A stretch of DNA of 61,757 nt, filler included. It is 7 parts of 7 records of this genome, joined end to end, with 100 filler letters (N's around TTAATTAATTAA, not from the genome) between each part and the next. Parts side by side here need not be neighbours in the genome. Positions count along the whole stretch, not along the records: positions 52,773 to 61,757 come from SRR31156797_4693; 6 more parts are not named here. The stretch is one strand, 5' to 3'. The notes under the pieces were generated by a model. That model was not told the origin of the DNA and did not search any database. It was given only the letters and a program-made list of their open reading frames with translations. The translations under genes and the position numbers were made by a program. Positions within the stretch are counted from its first letter, which is position 1. Each line of letters starts with the position of its first letter. Below are positions 61,526 to 61,757 of this stretch, one piece after another.

Positions 61526-61635
61526 TCGCCACCCTCTTAAGGCGAAGTTCTCAGTAGGGCCGCATCTTACACAACCCTACTGAGATCACCGCCACAAGGG
61601 GCACCTGCCATCGTCCTTAGGACAAGCCCCCGGTG
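61526..61635 (+). other. Structured 3' flank of the recombinase gene
   Basis: TCGCC/GGCGA; TCTCAGTAGGG (61549-61559) / CCCTACTGAGA (61575-61585); nested CACCG/CGGTG, GGGGC/GCCCC, GTCC/GGAC. Confidence 0.55.
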
Positions 61636-61755
61636 CTAAGCATCATACTTTATACGCTTCACGACGTTAAACTGGGTGCATTTGCGTTTAAAAGCATCAG
61701 CAGCATCTTTTTCGCCGAAGCCAACGACAGATGTGGGTTCACTTTGTTGGACCAC
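61636..61755 (-). CDS. C-terminal fragment of a convergent hypothetical protein
   Basis: Open minus-strand frame from the window edge, VVQQSEPTSVVGFGEKDAADAFKRKCTQFNVVKRIKYDA, to TAG at 61638-61636. Confidence 0.4.
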   Translation of the reverse strand: MVQQSEPTSVVGFGEKDAADAFKRKCTQFNVVKRIKYDA

Positions 61756-61757
61756 TG

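Larger units (their letters stand above)
52773..61757. mobile_element. tRNA-integrated genomic island (left part; right end outside window)
   Basis: tRNA 3' end immediately followed by an integrase, AT-rich cargo and a second recombinase; no second att copy seen. Confidence 0.8.

Overview
This window is not one locus. It is seven unrelated contigs joined by 100-nt N spacers, each containing a TTAATTAATTAA linker. Taxonomic labels below are impressions from gene content and composition. (1) 1-11590, Bacteroidota-like: truncated CysJ-like flavoprotein, membrane and outer-membrane proteins, TerB-like gene, and a YqiJ/NfeD-like + flotillin + giant AAA+ ATPase cluster. (2) 11691-17425, Desulfobacterota-like: rpoN-hpf-ptsN-EIIA(Man)-gap-tpiA-secG-tRNA-Leu. 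(3) 17526-32199, Bacteroidota-like: mreBCD-mrdA-rodA, KamA-family radical SAM, PAP2, recX, aldehyde dehydrogenase, metF, metH. (4) 32300-38699, GC-rich: VapBC-type toxin-antitoxin pair and a V/A-type ATPase operon. (5) 38800-44967, Bacteroidota-like: argD-proC-proB-proA-argF'-hisA-hisF. (6) 45068-52672, Campylobacterota-like: hsrA, a PPIase, fbaA and three histidine kinases, two with LOV domains. (7) 52773-61757: the left end of a tRNA-integrated island. It carries an integrase, an AT-rich two-gene cargo (a 1425-aa STAS/HATPase/PRTase/PRTase/HATPase-like protein and a receiver-kinase fusion), and a second compact tyrosine recombinase. That recombinase gene lies between a ~600-nt densely structured 5' non-coding region (three TACG-capped hairpins, G-T pairs on the + strand) and a ~115-nt structured 3' region. 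The recombinase/putative ncRNA unit and the two-gene cargo are the best candidates for undescribed systems. All calls come from reading motifs by eye; no searches or folding programs were run.
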